IMG/VR virus record: IMGVR_UViG_3300027736_000027
Coordinates: 1-64,000 of that record
Length of the DNA stretch: 64,000 bases
Reading direction: 5' to 3' (one strand)
DNA from: a virus
A program made the position numbers and the translations under genes. Below are positions 56,932 through 64,000 of this stretch, piece after piece (position 1 is the stretch's first letter; every line of letters begins with the position of its first letter). The notes beneath the pieces were generated by a model that was given only the letters and a program-made list of their open reading frames with translations, had not been told where the DNA came from and did not search any database.

Positions 56932-57333
56932 CTAAAAAGGTAAATCATCATCAGTTAACTCATCAAGTAGAGTTGTTGATTTAGTGATAGGTGCTGATGT
57001 ATGAATATCATCAAAGTCGGTATCATCAGAAGAGTTTCCAATTTCTGCTCTTTTTTGACCACTAATTCTCCAAGCTTCAAGAGTTGTGAAATATTTTACT
57101 TGACCCGTTTTATCAGTCCAGTCGCGGCCCTTTGGGTTAAATGATACAGTAACAGTATCTCCGATACCAAATGACTCCAGCATATCGCATTTTTCTTGTA
57201 CTAATTGAAATAGTATTTTTTGTGGGTACTTATCCCCTGTCTCAACGACAAATTCGCGTTTACGAAATCCTTTGTTAAATGTTTGGGCTGGAAATGCCTC
57301 AATGATTACCCCTGTTAATTCAAAATTGCTCAT
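56932..57333 (-). CDS. DUF3127-like single-stranded DNA-binding protein
   Basis: FRKREFVV...YPQ...GRDW...YFTTLEAWRI; acidic DDLPF tail. Confidence 0.85.
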   Translation of the reverse strand: MSNFELTGVIIEAFPAQTFNKGFRKREFVVETGDKYPQKILFQLVQEKCDMLESFGIGDTVTVSFNPKGRDWTDKTGQVKYFTTLEAWRISGQKRAEIGNSSDDTDFDDIHTSAPITKSTTLLDELTDDDLPF

Positions 57334-57334
57334 G

Positions 57335-57817
57335 TTAAAAGTTTTGATTTGTTATTTTTATATTATAGTTTTTAAAGTTTTTAAAATCTTCGCGATCAGC
57401 CTCGAGTCTACGCTCAACTGAATCGCCTGGCATTTTTCTCTCCAGTAATCTCTGTTTTCTTACCTCTTCATCAATGTCTAAATAAATTACAGTTGATGTT
57501 TTTCTATCATCTTCGGATAATTGATTTAGACCAGACGGTGTCATAATAAAAATATCATCATTATAAAACTGCTTTTTAGTTGTTCCATAAATCCATCCAT
57601 TAAATGCAACCCATTCATAAAATTCGCATTTATCAATCATGTCCTGCGCATCAGGCTGTTTAATAAAAAAATAATCTTGACCGCCTATTTCATCTGGTCT
57701 TGGAGGTCTAGTTGTATAGCTCACAGCATATTTAAAACCTTGAGCCTCAAATGTTTTACGAATATAGTCTTTGCCACTTGCAGCCTTACCTACTAATATT
57801 ATTCGTTTGTGTTTCAT
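57335..57817 (-). CDS. gmk: Guanylate kinase
   Basis: GKAASGKD, SYTTRPPR..E..GQDYFF, YGT. Confidence 0.9.
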   Translation of the reverse strand: MKHKRIILVGKAASGKDYIRKTFEAQGFKYAVSYTTRPPRPDEIGGQDYFFIKQPDAQDMIDKCEFYEWVAFNGWIYGTTKKQFYNDDIFIMTPSGLNQLSEDDRKTSTVIYLDIDEEVRKQRLLERKMPGDSVERRLEADREDFKNFKNYNIKITNQNF

Positions 57818-57821
57818 ATTG

Positions 57822-59117
57822 TTAAAATTCTCTAGCCTTTCCGTATATACCTTTGAATACTGGAAATCTTAATGAATGTGCACCGTGTTGGTCGGTTGTT
57901 TGTTCAAAAAATTGTACCGTTATTATTTTACCTAAAATTTCATTTGGGTTTTGGTGATAGTATCTGCGCTGTTCAAGATTAAAACCTGAACCTACTCTTA
58001 CCGTATTACCCTTATGCTCTACCATTACGGCCTTTAGCATAACCTCTTCAACCTCTTTACCTGCATCAATTATACGATTGACATCTGAATCTAGTCCAGT
58101 TACTGTATACTCAGCATCGTGCATCTTTTTAACTTTTAACAGATTTTTTGAGCGACGGCCTTCATAACCAACATCATGTCTAATCATTATACCTTCATAG
58201 CCCATTGCTGATGCATCAGCTACTAATACTTCAAAATGATCACGACTCTCTACTTTAAACTGATACAGTGGCTCGGCAAATTCAAGTTCTACCTCTTCAA
58301 ATAGTGTACTTATTATTACAAGCCTGGCGGTTAATGATATTTCGCCGGAACCTTTTTCAAATTCATCAAGCGTTAATAGGTCAAATATATGATATTTTGG
58401 CGACTTAATTACGTGATCTTTTTTACCAATTTCTTTTATTACACCCTGAAAATCTTCAAGACCAGACTCTTGCATTAGGCAAACTTCTCCGTCCAGCACA
58501 GTTGACCTTAAGCCTAATTTTTTAAGATCAGTAGCTAGATTAGCCAAGGTTAAAAACTCTTTACCTTGTCTGGAAAAAAACTTTATTTCTCCAACCTTAT
58601 CAATAACGGCAATACACCGGACTCCATCAAGCTTACGACTTGCCCACCAGGTTTGAGTCTCAAAGTCTATCTTTTTTTCAGCAGATTCAAATTTTTCAGC
58701 CAAGGCTACATTAAAAGTTGGAACTGTTCCAGGTAAAACTGAATTAATTAGGGTGGCCGTTGCTCGGGTTTTTATATTACGATCAACAATATCATAGATG
58801 ACATCTGAGAACTCCGGATATGTTGCAATAAAACCATTAACACACTGAATTGCAGTGTGGCCAGTCACATGCTTATCGTTTAGATCATCAAGTAACTGAA
58901 ATAAGTCATTATAGTTATATACTAAAGTTAGATCTGATCGCTTTTTAAGATTAGCAGAGGTTACATGGTACTGTTTAAATGGAGAATATGTATATTCAAA
59001 TATTTTTCTTAAGAACGGAGAATCATATTTTAATAGAATCTGCTTCTTTATAAGGACTGAAGAGTTAGATTTCATCTCTTCAATAAAGTTTTGTAACTGT
59101 ATAAAATCATTTTGCAT
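57822..59117 (-). CDS. ATP-dependent DNA ligase
   Basis: KLDGVR, LDGE, EGIMIR, LLKVK, VGSGF, SLRFPVF. Confidence 0.95.
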   Translation of the reverse strand: MQNDFIQLQNFIEEMKSNSSVLIKKQILLKYDSPFLRKIFEYTYSPFKQYHVTSANLKKRSDLTLVYNYNDLFQLLDDLNDKHVTGHTAIQCVNGFIATYPEFSDVIYDIVDRNIKTRATATLINSVLPGTVPTFNVALAEKFESAEKKIDFETQTWWASRKLDGVRCIAVIDKVGEIKFFSRQGKEFLTLANLATDLKKLGLRSTVLDGEVCLMQESGLEDFQGVIKEIGKKDHVIKSPKYHIFDLLTLDEFEKGSGEISLTARLVIISTLFEEVELEFAEPLYQFKVESRDHFEVLVADASAMGYEGIMIRHDVGYEGRRSKNLLKVKKMHDAEYTVTGLDSDVNRIIDAGKEVEEVMLKAVMVEHKGNTVRVGSGFNLEQRRYYHQNPNEILGKIITVQFFEQTTDQHGAHSLRFPVFKGIYGKAREF

Positions 59118-59140
59118 AAAACTATTATACTAAATAAAAC

Positions 59141-59169
59141 AAAAAAAGCCGAATTTCTTCAGCTTTTTT
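59141..59169 (-). terminator. Intrinsic terminator
   Basis: A7GCCGAA-TTTC-TTCAGCT6. Confidence 0.7.
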
Positions 59170-59189
59170 AAAAATTTATTTAAGTAAAA

Positions 59190-60692
59190 CTATTTTTTGT
59201 AAAAATCATTAAACGTTTTTAGTCGAGTAAAGTTAATAGATTCAGTAACTGCAGTGAATCCGCCGGTACCGCCTTGATCAGCTTGAGATGCTTCCTTTTG
59301 CATGCCTTGAGAAATCTTGTCAACTTGTCCAGCGAGAGGTCCTGATCCTGTAATACCTGCCCAATAACCGTTACATAGAGAAAGCATGTCTCCACTAATT
59401 TCAGAAGAAACACAATACTCGTAAAAGTCTCCGTCTTCTCCAAAATTCTTAGCCCATGATTGCATAACCGCCTGTGCTGTTTTTGGACTAAGTGTAGTAA
59501 TCATGAATGTGATTTGTAATTCATTACTACCGTCTGTATAACCTTTTGCTAATTCTTTGATTTGCGTACAAAATGCAAATGCTGCATCTTCTGCTGTAAA
59601 GTTTTGAACTTCTTGTTGTTCTGGATCCTCTGAGGCGGCAGCCGCTAGTCCTTGGCCAGCCGCGAGGCCTGCACCTGCACCTGCACCGATTTTTGCACCG
59701 ACTTTTGCAAAATAACCTGCCTTAGTTATTGCTGAGAAACCTGATTTTGCTAGGTCAGCGTCCTTTGCACCCTTTGCGAGCGTTGCAACGTTTGCCGCTC
59801 CGTTAATTCCAACCCCAGTTACTTTATTTGTTCCTTTTGCTGCAGTTAAGCCGCTTCTAAACCCTCTGAGACCGCCTTTTAATTTATTAATTGATCCAGC
59901 TGCTCTAACCATTTTGGCTCCACTAATAAGTCCTCTAGCAGCGGCACCAACTCCAAATGTACAGAGTCCAATTGCAACGTCTACAACCAATGATTGTAAA
60001 AAATCTACACCTATTGCTGCTGAAATTTCTCCATCGGTAATGGTATCACCATAAACTGCCCGAGCTAAAACTTCAGGAGTTCCAGAGAAGTCTGCTTCAA
60101 CTGCGTCCATTAGAGACTCATTGTATGCGCTCTGATATGCAGTACCTAATGCTTTAAATATTTCAGGTATATCCGCGTTTTTGTCATAACCAATACGATA
60201 AATTGCTCCAGCTAGTGCACCAAGTTTATCTTCATCTGTTCCAAAATTTAATCCAAAAATTGAACTTCCTTCAACTCCTTTTCTAAATTGAGTTGCTAAG
60301 AAATTCATATCTAGTCCTTCAATTACCCGTGCCGTTGAATCAAAATCAATATAAACTCCAGATTTTCCATCTGCTGTTTTACCACCAGCTACATAGATTG
60401 AAATTGCGTATTCTTTATCTCCGATTTTTATAGTAAGTCTATTTGGGCCAGGCGAACGTGCTTCTACTAGATTTGCTGCCTCAGTATTAATTTTTAAAAA
60501 TTCTGGATCTTGAACTGCCTTACCTGCGTTATCAATAATTAATTTCTTAACTGCCTTAACTTCAGGAGAATCCGATTCTTGAATTGAAATAGTGTTTGTA
60601 CTTACGTCACCAGCCGCTTCATTTAGCGAATAGTAGCCTAAAGATTTGTTCTCGTGTAGTAGTGCGTAATTTAATAGGTTAATCTGTTTCAT
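59190..60692 (-). CDS. Annexin-like repeat protein with central hydrophobic Gly/Ala-rich region
   Basis: FGTDEDKL...AYQSAYNESLMDAVEADFSG; second repeat GSNELQI...VSSEISGD. Confidence 0.7.
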   Translation of the reverse strand: MKQINLLNYALLHENKSLGYYSLNEAAGDVSTNTISIQESDSPEVKAVKKLIIDNAGKAVQDPEFLKINTEAANLVEARSPGPNRLTIKIGDKEYAISIYVAGGKTADGKSGVYIDFDSTARVIEGLDMNFLATQFRKGVEGSSIFGLNFGTDEDKLGALAGAIYRIGYDKNADIPEIFKALGTAYQSAYNESLMDAVEADFSGTPEVLARAVYGDTITDGEISAAIGVDFLQSLVVDVAIGLCTFGVGAAARGLISGAKMVRAAGSINKLKGGLRGFRSGLTAAKGTNKVTGVGINGAANVATLAKGAKDADLAKSGFSAITKAGYFAKVGAKIGAGAGAGLAAGQGLAAAASEDPEQQEVQNFTAEDAAFAFCTQIKELAKGYTDGSNELQITFMITTLSPKTAQAVMQSWAKNFGEDGDFYEYCVSSEISGDMLSLCNGYWAGITGSGPLAGQVDKISQGMQKEASQADQGGTGGFTAVTESINFTRLKTFNDFYKK

Positions 60693-60724
60693 TAGTTATG
60701 TAAGATTTTTTTAATTTTTTTTGA

Positions 60725-61801
60725 CTAGACTGGTTTATTAATATAGATAAAACCGTTTGTACCGGCTGTACCGGCTGTGCCTGCCGTACCTGCAGTACCG
60801 GCAGTACCGGCGGTACCTGCTGTACCAGAGGTACCAGATTTGGTTAACTCAGAGGCATCCCATATTTCTGGTAATCTATTATTACCTGCTGGCTTGCTAG
60901 TTGGCACTAGTAATTTAACTAGTGTACAGTATTTAGCAAGTTTTTCTAGATCAGCGGCTTCAATTGAATTATGTGGAGTATTTAACTTATCATCAAGTAG
61001 AGCACCATATGCCAGTGCAGTTTTTGGTCCGTATGTTCCGTCTGCTGAACCAAGTATAGCTGAAAGTTTTAGATCAGGCAGGGCTTTACTAAATTCAGGA
61101 GCTAATAATATTAACTGAGCAAATTTTACTTCTCTACCCTTTAATCCAGACTTAGCAAGTGTACCGATATTAGGAACACCTTTACTTAACAGCTTATCTT
61201 TTAAAAATGCAAGTACATCAGCATCGGCTGCTGGTAATACAATAGGATCCTTTTTATTTTGATCATCCTTCTTTTCCTCTTCTTTTATTTTTTCCTTATG
61301 CTCTTCCGTTTTAGGATTAACCTTTTGACCGTCTACAACCAGCTTATCCATATCAGTATCTAACCAGACATTTATACCACCAGGTTTCAGATACGGCGGT
61401 ACATTAGGGACCTTTGCCATATCAAAACGATCAGCCATTCTAAACGATAGTACTGCTCTTAATATCGCATTGTCATTATTAAATATTTGAGGTATAACTC
61501 CTCTTTGTTTGAGTGTATCTACTGTAATAAACACAAAGGTACCGGTTGCTGCCTTTTTAAATTTTTCATCACTTGCTAAATATGTTTCAAGATGTGTTTT
61601 AACTAGTGCTAGTGCTTGGTCTTTCGTTGCCTCATTTGGTGGATTAATTTTTGCAACTACTGAAAAGTTAGCTGTCTCACCGGCGTTTTTATCTGGTGTA
61701 TTAAGGTTGAGTTTTACAACTTCGTCTTGTTTTTCGTTAATCGGTGAAAAACTTGCTGAATTTGATTCAGTTAGGAATTGACTAAATGATTTAAATATCA
61801 T
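60725..61801 (-). CDS. Leader-bearing protein with peptidoglycan-binding-like motif and (GTA)n tail
   Basis: MIFKSFSQFLTE; GREVKFAQ...ADGTYGPKTALA; GTSGTAGTAGTAGTA... Confidence 0.7.
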   Translation of the reverse strand: MIFKSFSQFLTESNSASFSPINEKQDEVVKLNLNTPDKNAGETANFSVVAKINPPNEATKDQALALVKTHLETYLASDEKFKKAATGTFVFITVDTLKQRGVIPQIFNNDNAILRAVLSFRMADRFDMAKVPNVPPYLKPGGINVWLDTDMDKLVVDGQKVNPKTEEHKEKIKEEEKKDDQNKKDPIVLPAADADVLAFLKDKLLSKGVPNIGTLAKSGLKGREVKFAQLILLAPEFSKALPDLKLSAILGSADGTYGPKTALAYGALLDDKLNTPHNSIEAADLEKLAKYCTLVKLLVPTSKPAGNNRLPEIWDASELTKSGTSGTAGTAGTAGTAGTAGTAGTAGTNGFIYINKPV

Positions 61802-61892
61802 AAATTTATTTACTTTTTTTATAATTAACTAAATAATATATTAGTTATACATAGTTATTTATATAGCATACATTAAGGATAAATAACTCTAT

Positions 61893-63020
61893 ATGAAATA
61901 TCTTTTTGAATTTGCAGAATATTTAGAGTCAACTGCACCGGATCAATCATTTGGAATACTTGGTGATGCTGGCACAGACTCTCAATTTGGTGAACAAACT
62001 GGTTATTTTAAAGAGTTAATTCAGTATGCAGCTGACTCAGGCGTTGATGCCTTTGTATTTACTGACTTTACCTCAACCGACTGTACGGCCTGGACCCTAG
62101 CTAATGATAACTGGACCTCATCCGTTAGAGGATTACCTGCGGTATTTTACGATAGAAGCTTTAAAAATAAAACAGATAAAGGTAAAACTTCAAATACCCG
62201 ATTTTTATTAAATTGTGGGTGTACTCCATTAAACAGTCCAGATTTTAGAAAAGTATCACTTGATAAATATTTAACCCATGAAACCTTAATAAATGAAGAC
62301 CTTGGAAAATTAAAGATTCCATATACTCAAAAATACAGTAAATCAAGTCTTATTAAGTTTATGAGTAATTATCCTGAAGCTATTATTAAACCTAGATTTG
62401 GCTCAGGCGGTAAAGGTATAATTAAGGTATCTAAAAACAAGTCAGGCTATTTAATTAACTATTTAGATAAGTCAACCTCTGCGACTGACTTAAATTTAGC
62501 AAATCGCATTGATGAAGTTCGTAAAAGCATGAGGTCCAATGGCCGAATTTATATTATTCAGGAGTGTATTGCGCTACCTCAATATAATGGTGGAGTATTT
62601 GATGTTAGGGTAATGTATCAAAGGGATAAGGCTAAAAAACCAGTAAGAACCGGCATGGCAGTTAGACTTGCTGCTCCCAGTAAAATTACAGCAAATTTAC
62701 ATCAAGGCGGCAGTAAAGAAACCCTAAGTAATATTTTAAAATCAATATTTAATCAAGACATAGACGGTCCCATTGCCCAGTCAATTAGAGATGCATCACA
62801 GGTAATATTTGATATTTTAGATAAAAAGTGTGGACCGATTGGAGAAATTGGATTGGATTTTTTAATTGATCAAAGCGGCGAAATCCACCTACTAGAGGTA
62901 AATTCAATTCCAGGAAGGAATTTATTTAAAATATTACCGGATATTAGAAAAACTGCAATTCAAAGGCCAGTTGACTATGCCAAACGGTTGTTAAAGGATC
63001 TTACCAAAAAAAGCCGCTAA
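61893..63020 (+). CDS. YheC/YheD-like ATP-grasp protein
   Basis: DKY, IKPRFGSGGKGI, YIIQECI, FDVRV, ANLHQGG, EIGLDF, LEVNSIPG. Confidence 0.85.
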   Translation: MKYLFEFAEYLESTAPDQSFGILGDAGTDSQFGEQTGYFKELIQYAADSGVDAFVFTDFTSTDCTAWTLANDNWTSSVRGLPAVFYDRSFKNKTDKGKTSNTRFLLNCGCTPLNSPDFRKVSLDKYLTHETLINEDLGKLKIPYTQKYSKSSLIKFMSNYPEAIIKPRFGSGGKGIIKVSKNKSGYLINYLDKSTSATDLNLANRIDEVRKSMRSNGRIYIIQECIALPQYNGGVFDVRVMYQRDKAKKPVRTGMAVRLAAPSKITANLHQGGSKETLSNILKSIFNQDIDGPIAQSIRDASQVIFDILDKKCGPIGEIGLDFLIDQSGEIHLLEVNSIPGRNLFKILPDIRKTAIQRPVDYAKRLLKDLTKKSR

Positions 63021-63031
63021 TGCGGCTTTTT
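63006..63031. terminator. Bidirectional terminator
   Basis: A7GCCGC-TAAT-GCGGCT5. Confidence 0.85.
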
Positions 63032-63050
63032 AATTTAAAATAAAACGATG

Positions 63051-63254
63051 TTACATTAGTTTAATTGTATTATAGAGTTTAAGTCTATTTTTAGCATTTC
63101 CATTTGAATATTTATCCCAAATAACAGAGGACTCAGTATCCATAAAGGAATAGGCATCAGCCGCAGTCATGTATTTTTCAAATAATTCATGGCTAGATGA
63201 AGCTGCTGCTAATTTAATTAAGTCAATATCTAATAATCGCCTATGATATCCCAT
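63051..63254 (-). CDS. Hypothetical protein
   Basis: 67 aa, MGYHRR; coupled to upstream gene. Confidence 0.65.
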   Translation of the reverse strand: MGYHRRLLDIDLIKLAAASSSHELFEKYMTAADAYSFMDTESSVIWDKYSNGNAKNRLKLYNTIKLM

Positions 63255-63778
63255 TAATTAGAGGCTGGGGTGGTTTCAGTTTCTCGTAATTTTGCAATTT
63301 CAGAATCTAATGATTTCATTTCCATAATTACAGTATTTAAAGCAATTGCAATTCTAAATACACGCTGTGCAGTATCTAAGCCAGAGCCTTCATATCTATT
63401 TAAAATTAAGGCACAGGCTTCAATTGCAGATGCTGATAAATTTGCAGTAGGATTATCAATTCCACTATTAGTAGCTGCCTCTAGTGTTCCAATTGCAGAC
63501 GAAAAGCCTAAATAGCAAGTCATTAACATAAAAGCCTCATTTGGACCAATAAATGGAAATTTGTTATTACAGCCATTTTTAATCCATTTTAAATCAGTTA
63601 AGTCTAAATTAATAGCCCAATATCCAGTACGCTTATTAATTAATTTGTCAAGTTCTGACATTTCTTTAGCCTCAGGCTCAGTGGTAGTTTCAGTAGATGG
63701 TTCAGAGCCTGCAACTATTTCAGTATCAGGTGAATCCATTACTAGTGAATCAGTAATTAAGTCGGTTGTTTTTTTCAT
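63254..63778 (-). CDS. Hypothetical protein
   Basis: 174 aa. Confidence 0.7.
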   Translation of the reverse strand: MKKTTDLITDSLVMDSPDTEIVAGSEPSTETTTEPEAKEMSELDKLINKRTGYWAINLDLTDLKWIKNGCNNKFPFIGPNEAFMLMTCYLGFSSAIGTLEAATNSGIDNPTANLSASAIEACALILNRYEGSGLDTAQRVFRIAIALNTVIMEMKSLDSEIAKLRETETTPASN

Positions 63779-63829
63779 AAATTATTTGGTTTGTATTTAG
63801 ATTATCTTACTAAAAAAAATAGGCAAGTT

Positions 63830-64000
63830 TCAGGAAATTCTATCTAAAATTATTCTTTGAGCCGAGGCTATTTTAGAATAGGCTAGCTCAATATCAATAA
63901 ACCCAGCCCAGTCAATTTCGCCACTTTGTAATTGTGATTTAGGCACAGTTAAACCAGTTAAGCCAATTTCAGATAGGCTATTGATATTACAAATTAAATA
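63830..64000 (-). CDS. C-terminal fragment, possibly NUDIX hydrolase
   Basis: Read manually: ...QLQSGEIDWAGFIDIELAYSKIASAQRIILDRIS*. Confidence 0.45.
   Translation of the reverse strand, partial: YLICNINSLSEIGLTGLTVPKSQLQSGEIDWAGFIDIELAYSKIASAQRIILDRIS

Noticed and set aside
193-63800. Numerous antisense ORFs in the track (e.g. 193-507, 10157-10570, 20001-20750, 37698-38240, 60777-61118)
   Set aside because: Shadows of real genes on the opposite strand, favoured by repetitive codons
1-64000. Eukaryotic giant virus or bacterial chromosome (LRR, HDAC, annexin, Hsp70)
   Set aside because: Sigma-70, peptidoglycan hydrolases, intrinsic terminators, T4-like late motifs and dense small hypothetical genes indicate a phage
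1-64000. Stop-codon reassignment
   Set aside because: Conserved genes are full length in the standard code, and TAG, TGA and TAA all end genes at sensible positions

Overview
This is a 64-kb segment of an AT-rich jumbo tailed phage using the standard genetic code. The host is most likely Bacteroidota (DUF4494- and DUF3127-like genes, a T9SS-substrate-like gene, no Shine-Dalgarno sites). Family assignments come from motifs read by eye, not from database searches. Four parts stand out. (1) About 33 genes share an N-terminal MK(H/Y)IK(L)(F/Y)E..(N)E leader resembling the T4 capsid-targeting sequence, and many follow (T/G)ATAAATA late-promoter motifs. They include a tandem array of 8 leucine-rich-repeat genes (~63 repeats with a fixed framework and variable beta-strand positions), annexin-like proteins, cell-wall hydrolases, a GNAT, a nucleotidyltransferase and an ATP-grasp enzyme. 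(2) A ~20-kb module (~12.9-32.95 kb) of short minus-strand genes carries 19 copies of one promoter cassette, a sigma-70 factor and a RadA-like ATPase, and is bounded on both sides by GC-rich arrays with ~58-bp periodicity. (3) At the left boundary, an IS607-type serine recombinase whose catalytic Ser is replaced by Ala lies downstream of five ACTAGGGAGT sites spaced exactly 58 bp apart. Eight more same-strand copies lie inside the module. This is the best candidate for an undescribed system: a domesticated transposase with oriented operator or looping sites. (4) A metabolism and repair block encodes DnaK, an HDAC-like deacetylase, Fpg/Nei, UvsE, an exonuclease, guanylate kinase and DNA ligase.
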